Part shown: one piece after another, positions 37,168 through 49,822 of the stretch
Position numbering within the stretch: the stretch's first letter is position 1
Layout of the letters: each line of letters opens with the position of its first letter
From: Heterodontus francisci
Taxonomy: Eukaryota
DNA length: 64,000 bases
Assembly (NCBI RefSeq): GCF_036365525.1
Contig: NW_027140453.1
Span: forward strand, 558,001-622,000
Direction: 5' to 3'
The notes under the pieces: generated by a model
What the model was told of the DNA's origin: nothing
What the model saw: the letters and a program-made list of their open reading frames with translations, nothing else
Databases searched by the model: none
Position numbers and translations under genes: made by a program

Positions 37168-40100
37168 GCTGTGACCAAATGGCATGCAGTGTTTCCAACA
37201 TTGCAACAGTGACGACCACTTTAACAATCAATTCACTGAGTGTCAAATGTTCCCGATTCATTTCAGTTCATTTTACTGAAGTTCTGAGTTTCGATTTGTC
37301 TCTCTGTCTCACTCCAGCTTTCTTTCCCTCTGTCTCTCTAATTAAACCTTTAATAGTTAAAAACACACACAGCAGGGTGATTTGTTGTTGGTTTAAATGG
37401 TGAGACAGAAGTATTTCATAACTATTTTCAGTCAACACTACATATGAGATAGAGGGACAAAAACAGATATGGACAGAGAAAGAGAAGGAGAGACAGGGGA
37501 CGAATGGGATAGGAACAGAGAGAGATACAGAGACAGTGGAGATAGAGATAATGAGACAGACACACACACACACACACACACACACAGAAGTGGAGGTTGC
37601 TGTCACAATCCTTTTATCCTTTGGTTTATTAACTGTGATTTGTTTGTATTTGGGTGTTGCTGAGAGAGTGTCTGTGTAACCGAGGGCAATTCCTGGGCTC
37701 TTGCTGTGCTATTTTGTTTAACAATGCATTTTAATCAATTTTCTCTCTCTCCGTCTTGCCTTAGGAATTTTCATTCTGAAAACTGCATGGTGAAGATGAA
37801 AAGAGGGAAAGTTTGGGACGAGGAATCCTTGGACAGGAGCTTCCTCCTGAGGGGACGGACTGAGGCCTTGTCCACAGGCTGCACCCAAAGGGCCCACGTG
37901 AGTTGTGTCTGTTTATTAGGCCGTGGTTTAATTTCATGTCTGGGGTCCTGGGCTAACCAGTTCCTGTCGGATTGGGGCCCTGCTGTTTTAAATAGGTTGA
38001 AAGCCTGGGGTTAAAGGAGCAGCCTTGGTGCAAAACCTTGGTTGAAGTGGCACCATTGCTGGGATCTTGCTGTGCACAGCTTGCCGGCTGTTATCACACT
38101 GCTGCTTGTGGGATCTTGCTGTGTACCAATGGCCTGCAGCATTTCCAACATTGCAACAGTGACGAGCACTTTAAAAATTAATTCATTGAGTGTCAAATAC
38201 TTCTGTGAATCAGCAATGAAATGGCTGAAATGTGAAGGTTTGGAAAGGCTTGTTCTCATTCCCGAATAATGCTGGTGTCTTAGGCTGTGGGCTGAATTTG
38301 ACAGTGAAATGAATCACCTGGCAGAGTTTCAGGGATGGGAATGTGGATTTCTCTCTCTATCCTTCTATGGGAGAGAGGATGGGGGTCACCAGTGTTTGTG
38401 TGTTTTTACAATGAGGCAGAAACAGATGTAGAGAGACACACAGAGAAATAGAGAGAGAGAGAGAGAGAGAGAGGGAGGGAGAGACAGCAGGAAATGACAG
38501 GGTAAACACATCCACACTTCCCAGTCTCTGGCTCTGTGTCGGGGATGTGTTAGTAAGATGGGGAGTCACTGGGAGATTGTTTTCTGTCAGTGAGTGAGAG
38601 AAAGAGCCCTGGGCTCTCGCTGTGTTTTATTTCTGTTCAAAAATGCTTTGCTTTATTTGAATCTAATTTATTTCTTATTCCCAAGGAGAATCTTTTCGGA
38701 AGCTGCAGCTGTGATGATGCAAAGGTAGAATCTTTAGGCCACGTGGAATTCTCAGACAAGAGCTTTAACCAGGGAGGGAAAATAATAATAAATATATATT
38801 TGTCATTGTCAAGTTCATTTCTAAATACAAAAAAGAAGACTGTGTGTGATTTCGGGGCTGATAGAAAAACAAAGTGCTGGAAATGCTCAGTAATTCCAGC
38901 ACGGTTTTTATTTCAAATTGCCAGCATCTGCAGTATTTTGATTTTGTGTTTTCGGGGGTCTGTGGCTTTTCTCCCAATAGGGAGGGGGCTGGAGGGCGCT
39001 CCCGAAGGGAATAGTTTGGGAAGCGCTGCTCCAGAACAGTCAATGTAATCCCGTAGATTTCCCTTTCTCCATCTCTTGCTGCAACATGTTCCCTGCACCT
39101 TCCTCCTTGTTCCTAGTTCTTTTTCTTCACATCTTTAAATCTCTATCTCTATCTCTCAACATCCTTTCTTTCTCTGCCCCTCGCTAGAGTCTCACAGGTT
39201 TCCATTGTCACTCTCTTTCTGCGATTCTCTGCTTCTTTATCTGTCTCTCTCTCTCTTCTCCCACTCACTTCCAAATCCCTGAATCTTTCCATCTCTGCTC
39301 CTCCTTTCCTGCAAGATTATCTCTGCATTTCCCCCATCCCGGGACACCCCTCTCTTATCTGGAAACGCGTCTTACTTTGTATCTCTGCCCCTCCACTTCT
39401 TTCTGTCTCTGCATCTCTCTTTGTCTGCGATCTTTCTCAATATCTACATCTCTGTGTATGTCTCCATTTCTCTCTCTCTCTGCCCTTCTCGGTATTTCTG
39501 TCCCTCTGTTCTCAGTTTCTCTCACTGGTTTCGGACTCCAGCTCCATTTCCATTTATTTCTCTCTCTTTCTGTTCTGTCCTAATCCTGGGATCTGTTTTC
39601 TGTGTCACTCTCCCTCTGTCTGGGGGTGGATTTGAACTCGCTGCCTTGGTGTTGTACAGGGTGATTGTGAAGTGGGATCCTGCTTTCCATCTCTGCCCAG
39701 TTTTGCTCCCATTGATGTAAAAACAGGGGGGAGGAGCTGAACGGACAGCCGATTCACAACCACCCTCCTCCCCTCCATCCTGGTTTGCACCATTGGCACC
39801 AAGTCCGAGTCCAGCCCAGTGTTTCTTTGACTCTCTGTGTATCTGCTCCCTGACTGTCTCTGCCTGTCTCCTTGTGGCTCAATGGGGGAAGGGACAGATC
39901 AGCCATGATCTAACATGGGTGGGTCAGGCTCAAAAGGCTGAATGGCCTCCTCCCGTCCCTGTGCCAGTCAGTGTGTGAGTGTTTGTGTGTGTCTCCCTCT
40001 GTTTGATTCCCTGAAGCCGATGGGGAGAACAGGTGAAACACCTTTCTGCAGAGAGGGATGTGTCTGGAGCTGGGATCTTCCTGTGCATTAAAGGCTCAGA

Positions 40101-40459
40101 ATGCCAGTTAGCCTCTGAAGGTCCTTGCTCTATGCCCGGCCCAGTGTTTGGCCTGACATGAGTTAAAGGTGCCGGTGCTCTGGGAGCCTGTTGATGGAAT
40201 TCCACTGGCTTATCCAGATCAGGAATTAAAGTGAACGAAGGGTTGTCGGGAGACGGAGCCAAACCGAGGTAAGTGATGGAGGTGGGAATAACACGGGGGG
40301 GGGGGGGGGTGGAGGGGTGCGGGGAGGGGGCTGTTCACGGGGGAGATGATACAGTGTGGGATTAAATAAAGGGGTTGCTTTTACACGACAGGGAGGGTAT
40401 TCAGAAAGGGGAAGTGTTTACAGTGGAGGGTAGGGGGCAGAATTAGATTACGGTCAGTT

Positions 40460-41125
40460 AATGGGGGGTATTTGGATGGGAGTCTGCTCCTGGGGGTATT
40501 TAGATGGGGGTCTGTTCACAGAAGGGGGCAGTATTTAGATGGGGGTCTGTTGCGGACGGGTATAGAGATGGGAGTTTGTTCCCGGGAGGTATTTAGATGG
40601 GTGTTTGTTCCGGGGGCTATTCAGATGGGAAATTTTTCCCGGGGTGTATTCAGATAGGGGTTTGTTCCTGGTGGGGGTATTTAGATGGGAGTTTGTTCCT
40701 GGGGGGGTATTTAGATGGGGGTCTGGTCCTGAGGGGGGGTTTATTCAGATGGAAGCAAGTTACTGGGGGGTATTTAGATGGGAGTATGTTCACGGGTGGG
40801 AGGTATTTAAATGGGAGCTTGTTCTCGGGGTGTATTTAGATGGGAGTCTGTTCCTGGGGGGTACTTAGATGGGAGTCTGTTCCCGGGGGGTATTTCGATG
40901 GGAGTCTGTCTGGGGGGGGGGGGGTGGTATTTTGATGGGGGTCTGTTCGCGGGGGGATATTTAGATGGGAGTCTGTCTGGGGGTATTTCGATGGGTTGTC
41001 TTGTAACAGAGGGAAGGGGATAATTAGATGGGTTCTGTTGATAATGAGGGTATTAGATGGGGGTCAGTTAACAGGAGATATCAGATCGGGGTCTGCAGAC
41101 GAGGATTATTTAGATTGGGGGGGGG
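40460..41125 (+). repeat. G-rich minisatellite (~30-bp unit ggggtatttagatgggagtctgttcc)
   Basis: Tandem units read directly. Confidence 0.85.
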
Positions 41126-41939
41126 TCTGTGCAAGGGGGAGATGTTTTCTGGGGGGGGAAGTATTGCAGGGAAAAAGATTTGCTTGGTGCACAAAAATTG
41201 CAGGGGGTGGATAAATTGAGGGGTGGAAAAATTGATGGGGTGGATAGGGTCAGAAAAAGACAGAAAAAGTCAGAAAGAGAGAGAGAAATGATAGAAAGAG
41301 AAATAGAGAAGACAGAAAGATACAAAGAAAGAGAGAGAAAAAGAAGGAGAGAAAAGATAGAAAGAGACAGAGAAAAGATGGAAGTAGACAAGAAAGAGAG
41401 AGACAAGGTGAGAGTAAAAGAAAGAGAGAAAAGATAGAAAGAGAAAGAGAGAAGATAGAAATAGAAAGAGAGAAGATAGAAAAGAAAGAAAGACACAGAA
41501 ACAGAAAAGAGAGAGAAACTCAGAGAAATAGAGAAAAGACAGAGAGACAGAAATAGAGAAAAGACAGAAAAAGTCAGAAATAGAGAATTGAAGGAAAGTC
41601 AGAATAAGAAAAAGGACAGAAAGAGAGAGAAAAAGAGGAGGGGAAAAAGTGGAGGGAAAGAACAAAGACTCAAAGAAATTGCAGGCACCAAAGAGACAGA
41701 CAGAAAGCCAATGAGAAAGACACAGAGAATCACAGAGAGATTGAAAGAGATGACAGAGAAAGCCATTGAGACAGAAAGACGCACAATCACTCAGAGAGAG
41801 AGAGAAACACAAAGTGAGGGAGAGAGAGAGAGATGGAGGAACACAGAGAGGGAGAAATACAGAGAGCAGAGATTGAGGAACAGAGAGAGAGAGAGTAACA
41901 GAGTCAGAAATACAAAGTGAGGGAGAGATTGAGAAATAG

Positions 41940-42610
41940 AGAGAATGAGAGAGAGATTTAGTGCGAGAGAGAGAGTGATTGAGTGCGAGAGAGAGAGAGA
42001 CATTGAGTGCGAGAGAGAGAGAGGGAGAGATTGAGTGCGAGAGAGAGAGAGACTTCAGTGCGAGAGAGAGAGAGATTCCAGTGCGAGAGAGAGAGAGATT
42101 TCAGTGCGAGAGAGAGATTTCAGTGCGAGAGACAGAGATTTCAGTGTGAGAGAGAGAGATTTCAGTGAGAGAGAGAGAGATTTCAGTGAGAGAGAGAATT
42201 CAGTGAGAGACAGAATTCAGTGAGAGAGAGATTCAGTGAGATTCAGAGAGAGAGATTCAGTGAGAGAGATATTGAGTGAGAGAGAGATTGAGTGAGAGAG
42301 AGATTGAGTGAGAGAGAGATTGAGAGAGCGAGAGATTGAGTGAGAGAGAGATTGAGTGAGAGAGAGATTGAGTGAGAGAGAGATTGAGTGAGAGAGAGAT
42401 TCAGTGAGAGGGAGATTCAGTGAGAGAGAGATTCAGTGAGAGAGAGATTGAGTGACAGAGAGAATTCAGTGAGAGAGAGAATTCAGTGAGAGAGAGAAAT
42501 CAGTGAGAGGGAGATTGACTGAGGGAGACTGAGTGAGAGAGAGAATTCAGTGAGAGGGAGATTCAGTGATAGGGAGATTCAGTGAGAGAGACTGAGTGAA
42601 AGAAACTGAG
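41940..42610 (+). repeat. ~16-22 bp repeat (gagatt(c/g)agtg(c)gagaga)
   Basis: Tandem units read directly. Confidence 0.85.
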
Positions 42611-44638
42611 TCAGAAGGAGGGAGAAAGGGAGAGAGAGACAATAAAGATGTGATACACACCATCCCACACCGTCTGCGTTCCATCGTTGGACTCTAACAC
42701 CATCTCTCCATCAACTCATCCATGGGGAAAAGATCCTGGAGAGGGGCATTGGGGTGGGATTTGGAGATAAGCGTCAGGACTGGGACAGAGAGAGCAGGGG
42801 AATCAGACTGGACATTCACACACACACATACACTGTAATCAGCTTGCAATTCACCTGGGCACAGAGACACAGAGACTGAAACACAGAAACTCACCTTCAG
42901 AAACCAGCCGCATGGAAAGAAAGAATGGAGGCTGATGTTGTCCTAATATATCCCAGAACCTGTCACTCAAAACAGCCAGTCCACCCAAAATACAGCTTAT
43001 CCAACCAGCTACAAGCTTCCTCCATCTGGACACTCCCTCCCAGGTATGAGACAGTCCAAGGTGAGTTTCTGTGCAAACAGGGAATGGTAGAGAGAGGGAT
43101 ATTCCAGCCATATCCCAAATGGACCATTCCAGACAGAAACCTGTCTGTCTGTCTGTCTCTCTCTCCCTCCCCCAAAAACCTCATGAACAGAGCAGAAAAG
43201 CTGCTGTCATTTAAAACCTGGAGGGGCCGGTTTGGATAATGGCCATTTAACACTGATTGTATTAAATGTCTTTCACTATTCACATCCAGTTAACAGAAAG
43301 TTCAGAAAATGACTCACTGCAATTACCTTGAAATTGTGACAAAGTGTTATTGCTGGAGAGGCCGGTTTGACTGCAGTATAAACAGGCAGTTTTTATTCGG
43401 TTTTTCAATTTCACTGTATGACAAAGAGTGAAACTGGAGCCAGGTTAATGCGGCAGCCAAGAGAACTTTTATAACCAGTGACATTTCACACAACAATTCG
43501 TACCCAAATTTACTGTTATATTTGTCAATGATTCTTTGTAGTTTATTTGCTGCTGCTGTATTTATGCATTAGCCTGTAATCAATCGAAAAAACCTCCTGA
43601 ACATTCGCCAGTTTAATGTTACAAGGGTTTACAAAGCTGGGAAATGGACATTTATCTTAAATGATATTTAAGATCTTCCACTTTTCACCTCCAGTTTATA
43701 TAAAGTTCAGCGATAAAGACCTCTACATTCTGACAAAGAGTTTTTACTGCTGCAATAAAGTGTCACTTGTTTCCATTTGCTTCCTGACTGTTTCTTTCCT
43801 CTGTTCTCCTGGGGGATTCAGAGGGATTTTTGTTCATTGTTTGTCCACATTCCTCTGCAGCTGCTGTCCTGGAGAAATTAATTATATTGTATTCAAAATC
43901 TTTCCCTCAGTTTGGAGATATGAGGAGAGACTGTTTTCACTAGCAGAGGGGAGAAACAAATAGGCAGGGAGTTGCTCTGGTCTGGAATTCACTGTCTGAC
44001 AGGTTTCTGAAAGCAGATTCAATATTAACTTTCAAAATACAATCGGATCAAAACTTCAATTTCTCTGAATTATAGTAGAGAAGATACCAGCAGAGAGAAG
44101 TGAGAGCGAGACAGAGATGCCATAACCATAGTGATGAAGAATTGAACACCACTTATATAGAGAGTTTTTATTTGAAAATGATTGAGTTTAATTTGATGCT
44201 GTTAATTTATTTATCCATTACCTTTAATCATTTAAAATAATTTTCCAAACAGTAACGAGTTTAATGTTACAAGTGTTTACATCGTAGTAAAATAGCCACT
44301 TTACACAAACTGTACTGAAATTATTTTATTGAGCATCTCAAATTTACAGAAAGAAAATTCCGCAAACTTGTAAAAGCTTTCAAACATTCAGCAACACAGA
44401 ATCTCGATCAGCAACGGCTCAGCATCTCCATCTCCTGGTGCCCCTCTCTCACTGCAGTTACAGTCTCCCTCTCACCATCTCCATCTGCTGGTGTCCCTCT
44501 CTCACTGCAGTTGCTGCCCCCTCTCACCATCTCCATCTGCTGGTGTCCCTGCCTCACTGCAGTTACTGCCCTTCTCGCCACCTCACAATCACTGCCATTT
44601 GCAGCTTTGTCCACTGGCGGCGGTTGTTGACAAGGCAA

Positions 44639-44742
44639 CCACTAGGTGGCGCAGTACTAGCACATGCGCAAATGTACACTGTTCCAATTAAACGTCATGG
44701 TCTGCCACGTGCAGGCAGCTGCCAGGACTAAAGATGGCGCCG
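44639..44742 (+). promoter_or_regulatory. Motif cluster: CTCF (CCACTAGGTGGCGC, 44639-44652), NRF1-like (acatgcgca), E-box (cacgtg) and YY1-like (aagatggcgcc)
   Basis: Close matches to established consensus motifs within ~100 bp. Confidence 0.55.
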
Positions 44743-44851
44743 GTCAAATAATCACAAAGGTGGGTGGAGGGTGGGAGGTGGAGCTGGGGGTCTGGGGGGG
44801 GGGGAGGGGGAATGGGATTTAGTTACAGTGTTTGAAACCCTTCAGCTCTTT

Positions 44852-45756
44852 CTATGATTTCACTAATTTAACAATGAGATTGAGAGGGTATTTCACCCCC
44901 TTCTTCAGCTCCTGTCTGAATTTAGTCTGGGTCACAATGTAAATACATGTGTTGGTGCAGGAACTGAGAATCTGCAGCATCTTTGATGTTTGTTCTGTGA
45001 TAAAGAGAGGGTCAGTGAGGGAGGAATAATATAGAATATCTGCAATTCGACAATAAATGATAAACACAACACGGGTCACCCATAACAGGATAAAACTGCC
45101 GGATATACTGAAGAGTAAAATAACTGATTTCCTGCGATTCTCCATCTCTGCGTCCTTGTGATTCTCTGCATTGCTGTGGCGCCGGAATCCCCTGCGGACT
45201 TTACTGGAGAATAAAATCCGTCTGACAGTCAGAACATTGAGCAGCAACATCAGAAAGACCGGGACACAAGGGGTTAAAATGTAATTAAACAATTCAAATG
45301 CCCCCCATATGGGGGAAGTAAAGAAACTCAGTTTATAAACACAACCCATGGGAACATTATTAATAATGTAATATTGTTCCTGTGTAAAGTACCAGGGGAG
45401 AGACTCTAAACAGCCCAGCACACTCACTGTTCCAACAACCACAGCCGCCGTTTTCTCGCTGCAATATTTTGTTTTCAGCTTCTCACAACAAATGGCCACA
45501 AATCGATCAAAGGTGAAAGTGACTGTGAGCCAGACAGAAACAACTGTGGATGCAGAAATCAAAACGGCAAGGAGAGAACAGACAGGAGTAATGTTCAGGA
45601 ATGAATATGGAAAATAAATTGATCCAATCCATCTCAATATGGGATTAGTGATAACGACCAGGAGATCAGACACTGCCATTCCCACCAGGTAGACAGTGAT
45701 ACATTTGGAGAGACCGCACTTTCCTCGGGACAGGATCACAATCGCCACCAAGTTAA
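44852..45756 (-). CDS. Class A orphan GPCR, GPR139/GPR142-like (chondrichthyan-expanded type), exon 2
   Basis: Acceptor tctcttccag| at 45757. Reads VNLVAIVILSRGKCGLSKCIT.YLVGMAVSDLL (TM1-2), SVWLTVTFTFDRFVAIC (TM3), FILLW (TM6) and SSCTNTCIY (TM7), with TAG at 44852-44854. The first ~35 aa of the ORF-track protein are intronic. Confidence 0.95.
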
Positions 45757-46842
45757 CTGGAAGAGAGAGAGAAAAGGAAGCAGAGAAATTACTGATCAGA
45801 CCTGGAGACAAAGCAGCAGTTTGACAGGATCTGGGCTGAAATTTCCAGCTTTGTTGCTGCATCGAGCAGTGAAAACTGATTCATTGAACTGGGCAGTGCT
45901 TTGTCAAAGTGAAATGTTTGAAAACACAATTATTAATAATGAATTGGGAAATTGATATAGAAAGTGAATAAAGTCAGCACCGGATATACTGGAAGTACTG
46001 CGTGAGGATGCAGTGTCAGTGGGGAAATGAGAAGGGGTTTTACAGAGATGGAATCCAATGTGTTAATTGAGAATGTGTCTCCAGACTGTTGGTTAGGAAG
46101 GTTTGTGGAGAGCGGGATGGTTTGTTGCTCTGGGTTTAGGGACTGTTATCAAATGGGAAAAGGCTGAAAACTGCAGCGCTGAGTTTGAGTATCAGCCATG
46201 ATCTAGAATGGTGGAGCAGGCCCGAAGGGCTGAATGGCCTCCTCCTACTCATATGTTACTGTATTCCTATCAGGTTGGACGAGGCAGCAGGAGGTGGAGC
46301 CAGTGAGGGTAATTGGGAGGGAGAGAAGGAAAAGGACATGTTGGAGCTGGAGGGGAGACTGGAGCAAATGGTTTGGGAATGTGGATAAACTGAAGCAATG
46401 GATGATGAGGAGACTGAAGATTCAATACAGTGAGAGGAGAGGCTGAGATTCACAGAGAGAGACTGCAGCAGAGTGTTAGAGGAAATCTAATATATAGATC
46501 CCAGCAATACAACTCAATTCATACATTCAAACAATAATCCCTGTGGTAATTGGTGTTGGAGCACAGTTTGTACAATATCGTCAATATATTTAGTTTGTAG
46601 AGGCAATTAAATATAAATGTAAATATATTTCTGATATCAGCCTCGCTCTTTATTGAATTCAGTAGTCACAGAGATTTTAAAGTGCAGTATTTAAATAAAA
46701 AATTTCCATCAGTGTAAAACTGATTCTATTCAGATCATGCAGTCACTAAGTAAGGAACAGGAACTTTCCACAAAACAAAATGAGGCCCTGACAGAAATCA
46801 ACACAGAGGAACAAGTCCAACAGGAAAATGAACACAATCTGG

Positions 46843-47775
46843 AAATGACCTGGAAGAGTGTGTAGAAGGGTGGGTTAGTAAATTTGCGGATGACACTAAG
46901 GTCGGTGGAGTTGTGGATAGTGCCGAAGGATGTTGTAGGGTACAGAGGGACATAGATAGGCTGCAGAGCTGGGCTGAGAGATGGCAAATGGAGTTTAATG
47001 CGGAAAAGTGCGAGGTGATTTACTTTGAAAGGAGTAACAGGAATGCAGAGTACTGGGCTAATGGGAAGATTCTTGGTAGTGTAGATGAACAGAGAGATCT
47101 TGGTGTCCAGGTGCATAAATCCCTGAAGGTTGCTACCCAGGTTAATAGGGCTGTTAAGAAGGCATATGCTGTGTTAGCTTTTATTAGTAGGGGGATCGAG
47201 TTTCGGAGGCACGAGGTCATGCTGCAGCTGTACAAAACTCTGATGAGACCGCACCAGGAGTATTGCGTGCAGTTCTGGTCACCGCATTATAGGAAGGATG
47301 TGGAAGCTATGGAAAGGGTGCAGAGGAGATTTACTAGGATGTTGCCTGGTATGGAGGGAAGGTCTTACGAGGAAAGGCTGAGGGACTTGAGGTTGTTTTC
47401 GTTTGAGAGAAGGAGGAGGAGAGGTGACTTAATAGAGACATTTAAGATAATCAGAGGGTTGGATAGGGTGGATAGTGAGAGTCTTTTTCCTCGGATGGTG
47501 ATGGCAAACACGAGGGGACATAGCTTCAAGTTGAGGGGTGATAGATATAGGACAGATGTCAGAGGTAGTTTCTTTACTCAGAGAGTAGTAGGGGCGTGGA
47601 GCGCCCTGCCTGCAACAGTAGTAGACTCGCCCACTTTAAGGGCATTTAAGTGGTCATTGGATAGACATATGGATGAAAATGGAATAGTGTAGGTCAGATG
47701 GTTTCACAGGTCTGCGCAACATCGAGGGCCGAAGGGCCTGTACTGCGCTGTAATGTTCTATGTTCTATGTTCTAT
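46843..47775 (+). mobile_element. CR1 LINE 3' 0.93 kb in the GPCR intron (antisense to the gene)
   Basis: FADDTK followed by an uninterrupted 259-aa C-terminal frame; (atgttct)n tail. Confidence 0.95.
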
Positions 47776-49095
47776 CAGTGTAGAACTGATTCTATTCTGT
47801 TTATTCAGTCACTAAGTAAGGAATAGGAACTTTCTACAAAACAAAATGAGGACCTGACAGAAATCATCACAGATGATCAAGTCCAACAGGAAAATGAACA
47901 CAATCTGACAGCAGACAACTTCAACTCACAGTTTCTCTCACTAATTGTTCTGGACATTCCAGTACCTTATGATAGCGAATTATTTACACTGCTGCTTCTT
48001 TCTCTTACTTCTGCTTATCTCTTTCCATCGGTTTCGTTCCCCCTGCTCCTTTTCTCCTTCCCTATCTCTCACACCCTGTAAATTGTTACTTAATGATGCT
48101 TTTCACATAGGATTTATTTCTAACATTCTGCGTCTGTGTTCTGTTCACCAGCCCCAGGTTCAATTATTCTATTCTCAGAGTAAGTTTGTTCAACGGTGAA
48201 ACCTCTGTGAATAATTTAATGCATCTACAGAACATTCAAGTCTCCACCTGTTCACCTGCACTCTTCACATCATGTACAACATATGGAATAAACAGGATCG
48301 AAAGCTACTTCCAGACAAACCTCACAGTCATTGAAATTACTTCTCCTGGAATTATAAAGTAATCTGTTAGAATGTGGGATTGTTTAATTAATAAAACACC
48401 AACATCAGCGCTGCAGCTGATAATCTACAGAAAGACTCTTGATTCCAACTGATCGAGTGAAAACCAATAAAACATCATATCAATACTTTCTATTTTACAA
48501 TGTAGTCCAGTGACAGTGAAGGGTCCACAGTGAAGCAGAGAAGGGGAAGTGAAAGTGTCAGCAGCAAACTCAGTTCAGTAGCCAGACTTCTGAAGCAGTG
48601 TCAGACACACACAGAGTGAAATAATGTTTGATAACAGTGATAATCAATAAATACATTGAAATCCCAGTTAAACTGAGCCATGTTATTGGGGAGGGAGGAT
48701 ATTGTTCTGTTCCCTTGTAACACTGAGACTGTGAGATGTCTCATTATCAATCACTAAAAAGATATCATAAAAATATTCCAGGACCGGTTAGATCCACATC
48801 ATGAAAATGTTAAAAACTCCGAATGGTCTGATTATTAATCGTAACGGAGAACATGATTTGAATGCAGTCAATACACAGAATAATCCAGTAAGAATGCCAC
48901 GGTTACTGAAACCAATACAATAAAAGACATGACACATCTCCTGCAGCACTGAAAGAATAGACAATGAGGATATTCCATCAGTAAATTGCTGGAAAAGAAT
49001 AGGTGGCTGTGTAACACACACAGTGAGAAATAATACCGAGTACAGCAGCACAGTTAACATCGATTTACACCATTAACAGCTGAGATTCTGCTTAC

Positions 49096-49165
49096 CAGGA
49101 ACTCCAATTGCTGCAAGTACTGGATAGTAAATGAATATGAACTGATACATTACTGGATATCCCAT
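49096..49165 (-). CDS. GPR139/142-like GPCR exon 1 (MGYPVMYQFIFIYYPVLAAIGVP, phase 1); the spliced protein is 324 aa
   Basis: ATG at 49165 and donor G|gtaagc at 49095. YYPVLAAIGVP-(V)N completes TM1. 70+905 nt = 325 codons including the stop. Confidence 0.92.
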
Positions 49166-49250
49166 TCCTGTGAGAAGCAGAGGCTTCTATTAGCCTGGAA
49201 TCCACAGCTCCACCAGGCACTCTGAGCTGATCCAATCCATTGGGTCCTAA

Positions 49251-49256
49251 TTTATA
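49251..49256 (-). promoter_or_regulatory. TATA box of the GPCR gene
   Basis: TATAAA(T) ~86 nt upstream of the exon-1 ATG; a GATA site (gataag) is adjacent. Confidence 0.6.
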
Positions 49257-49822
49257 CAGGGGATAAGTCTCCACTGACACGGTGATACTCCTAATCATTG
49301 CTATTAGTTATACTCACCTCAACAAACACATTACATCAGCAGCTTTGATGCTGATGTAAATAATGTGGTGGATAAAACACAATCATTTCAATGTCAATGA
49401 CATTTTCTTTGTAAGGCCTCTCTCGGGAATGAACCTGAAAACCGTCCTCATACTGCACGGATGCTACAATTATGAGAGGCGTCATTTATATTTGCCATAT
49501 TATTGTATTGACCTTATTCACTCCTGGCATTTCTGTTGTAAATGTAACTGATCTGTCTGCAGTGGACACTGAATCCAGGGACAAAAGCAATTACGTTTCA
49601 CTCTGTTCCTGTCTTTTCCCCAGTTAAAATGTGAACTTTGTGGATCTGATTCAGGACAGTGTTCAGGGTTACAGCCCAGAAACTACTGTGGGTGATATTG
49701 GGGGTCAGACACTGTACACAGCCATTAGGGAGGCAGTCGCATATTGATAATATCACTGCTCAAGTAATCCAGAGGCCCAACCTGATGTGCTGGGGACAGG
49801 GTTCAAAGCTCACCTTGGCAGC

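Noticed and set aside
45757-45862. N-terminal ~35 aa of the 336-aa GPCR ORF in the track
   Set aside because: Lies in the intron polypyrimidine tract; the real start is exon 1 at 49165.
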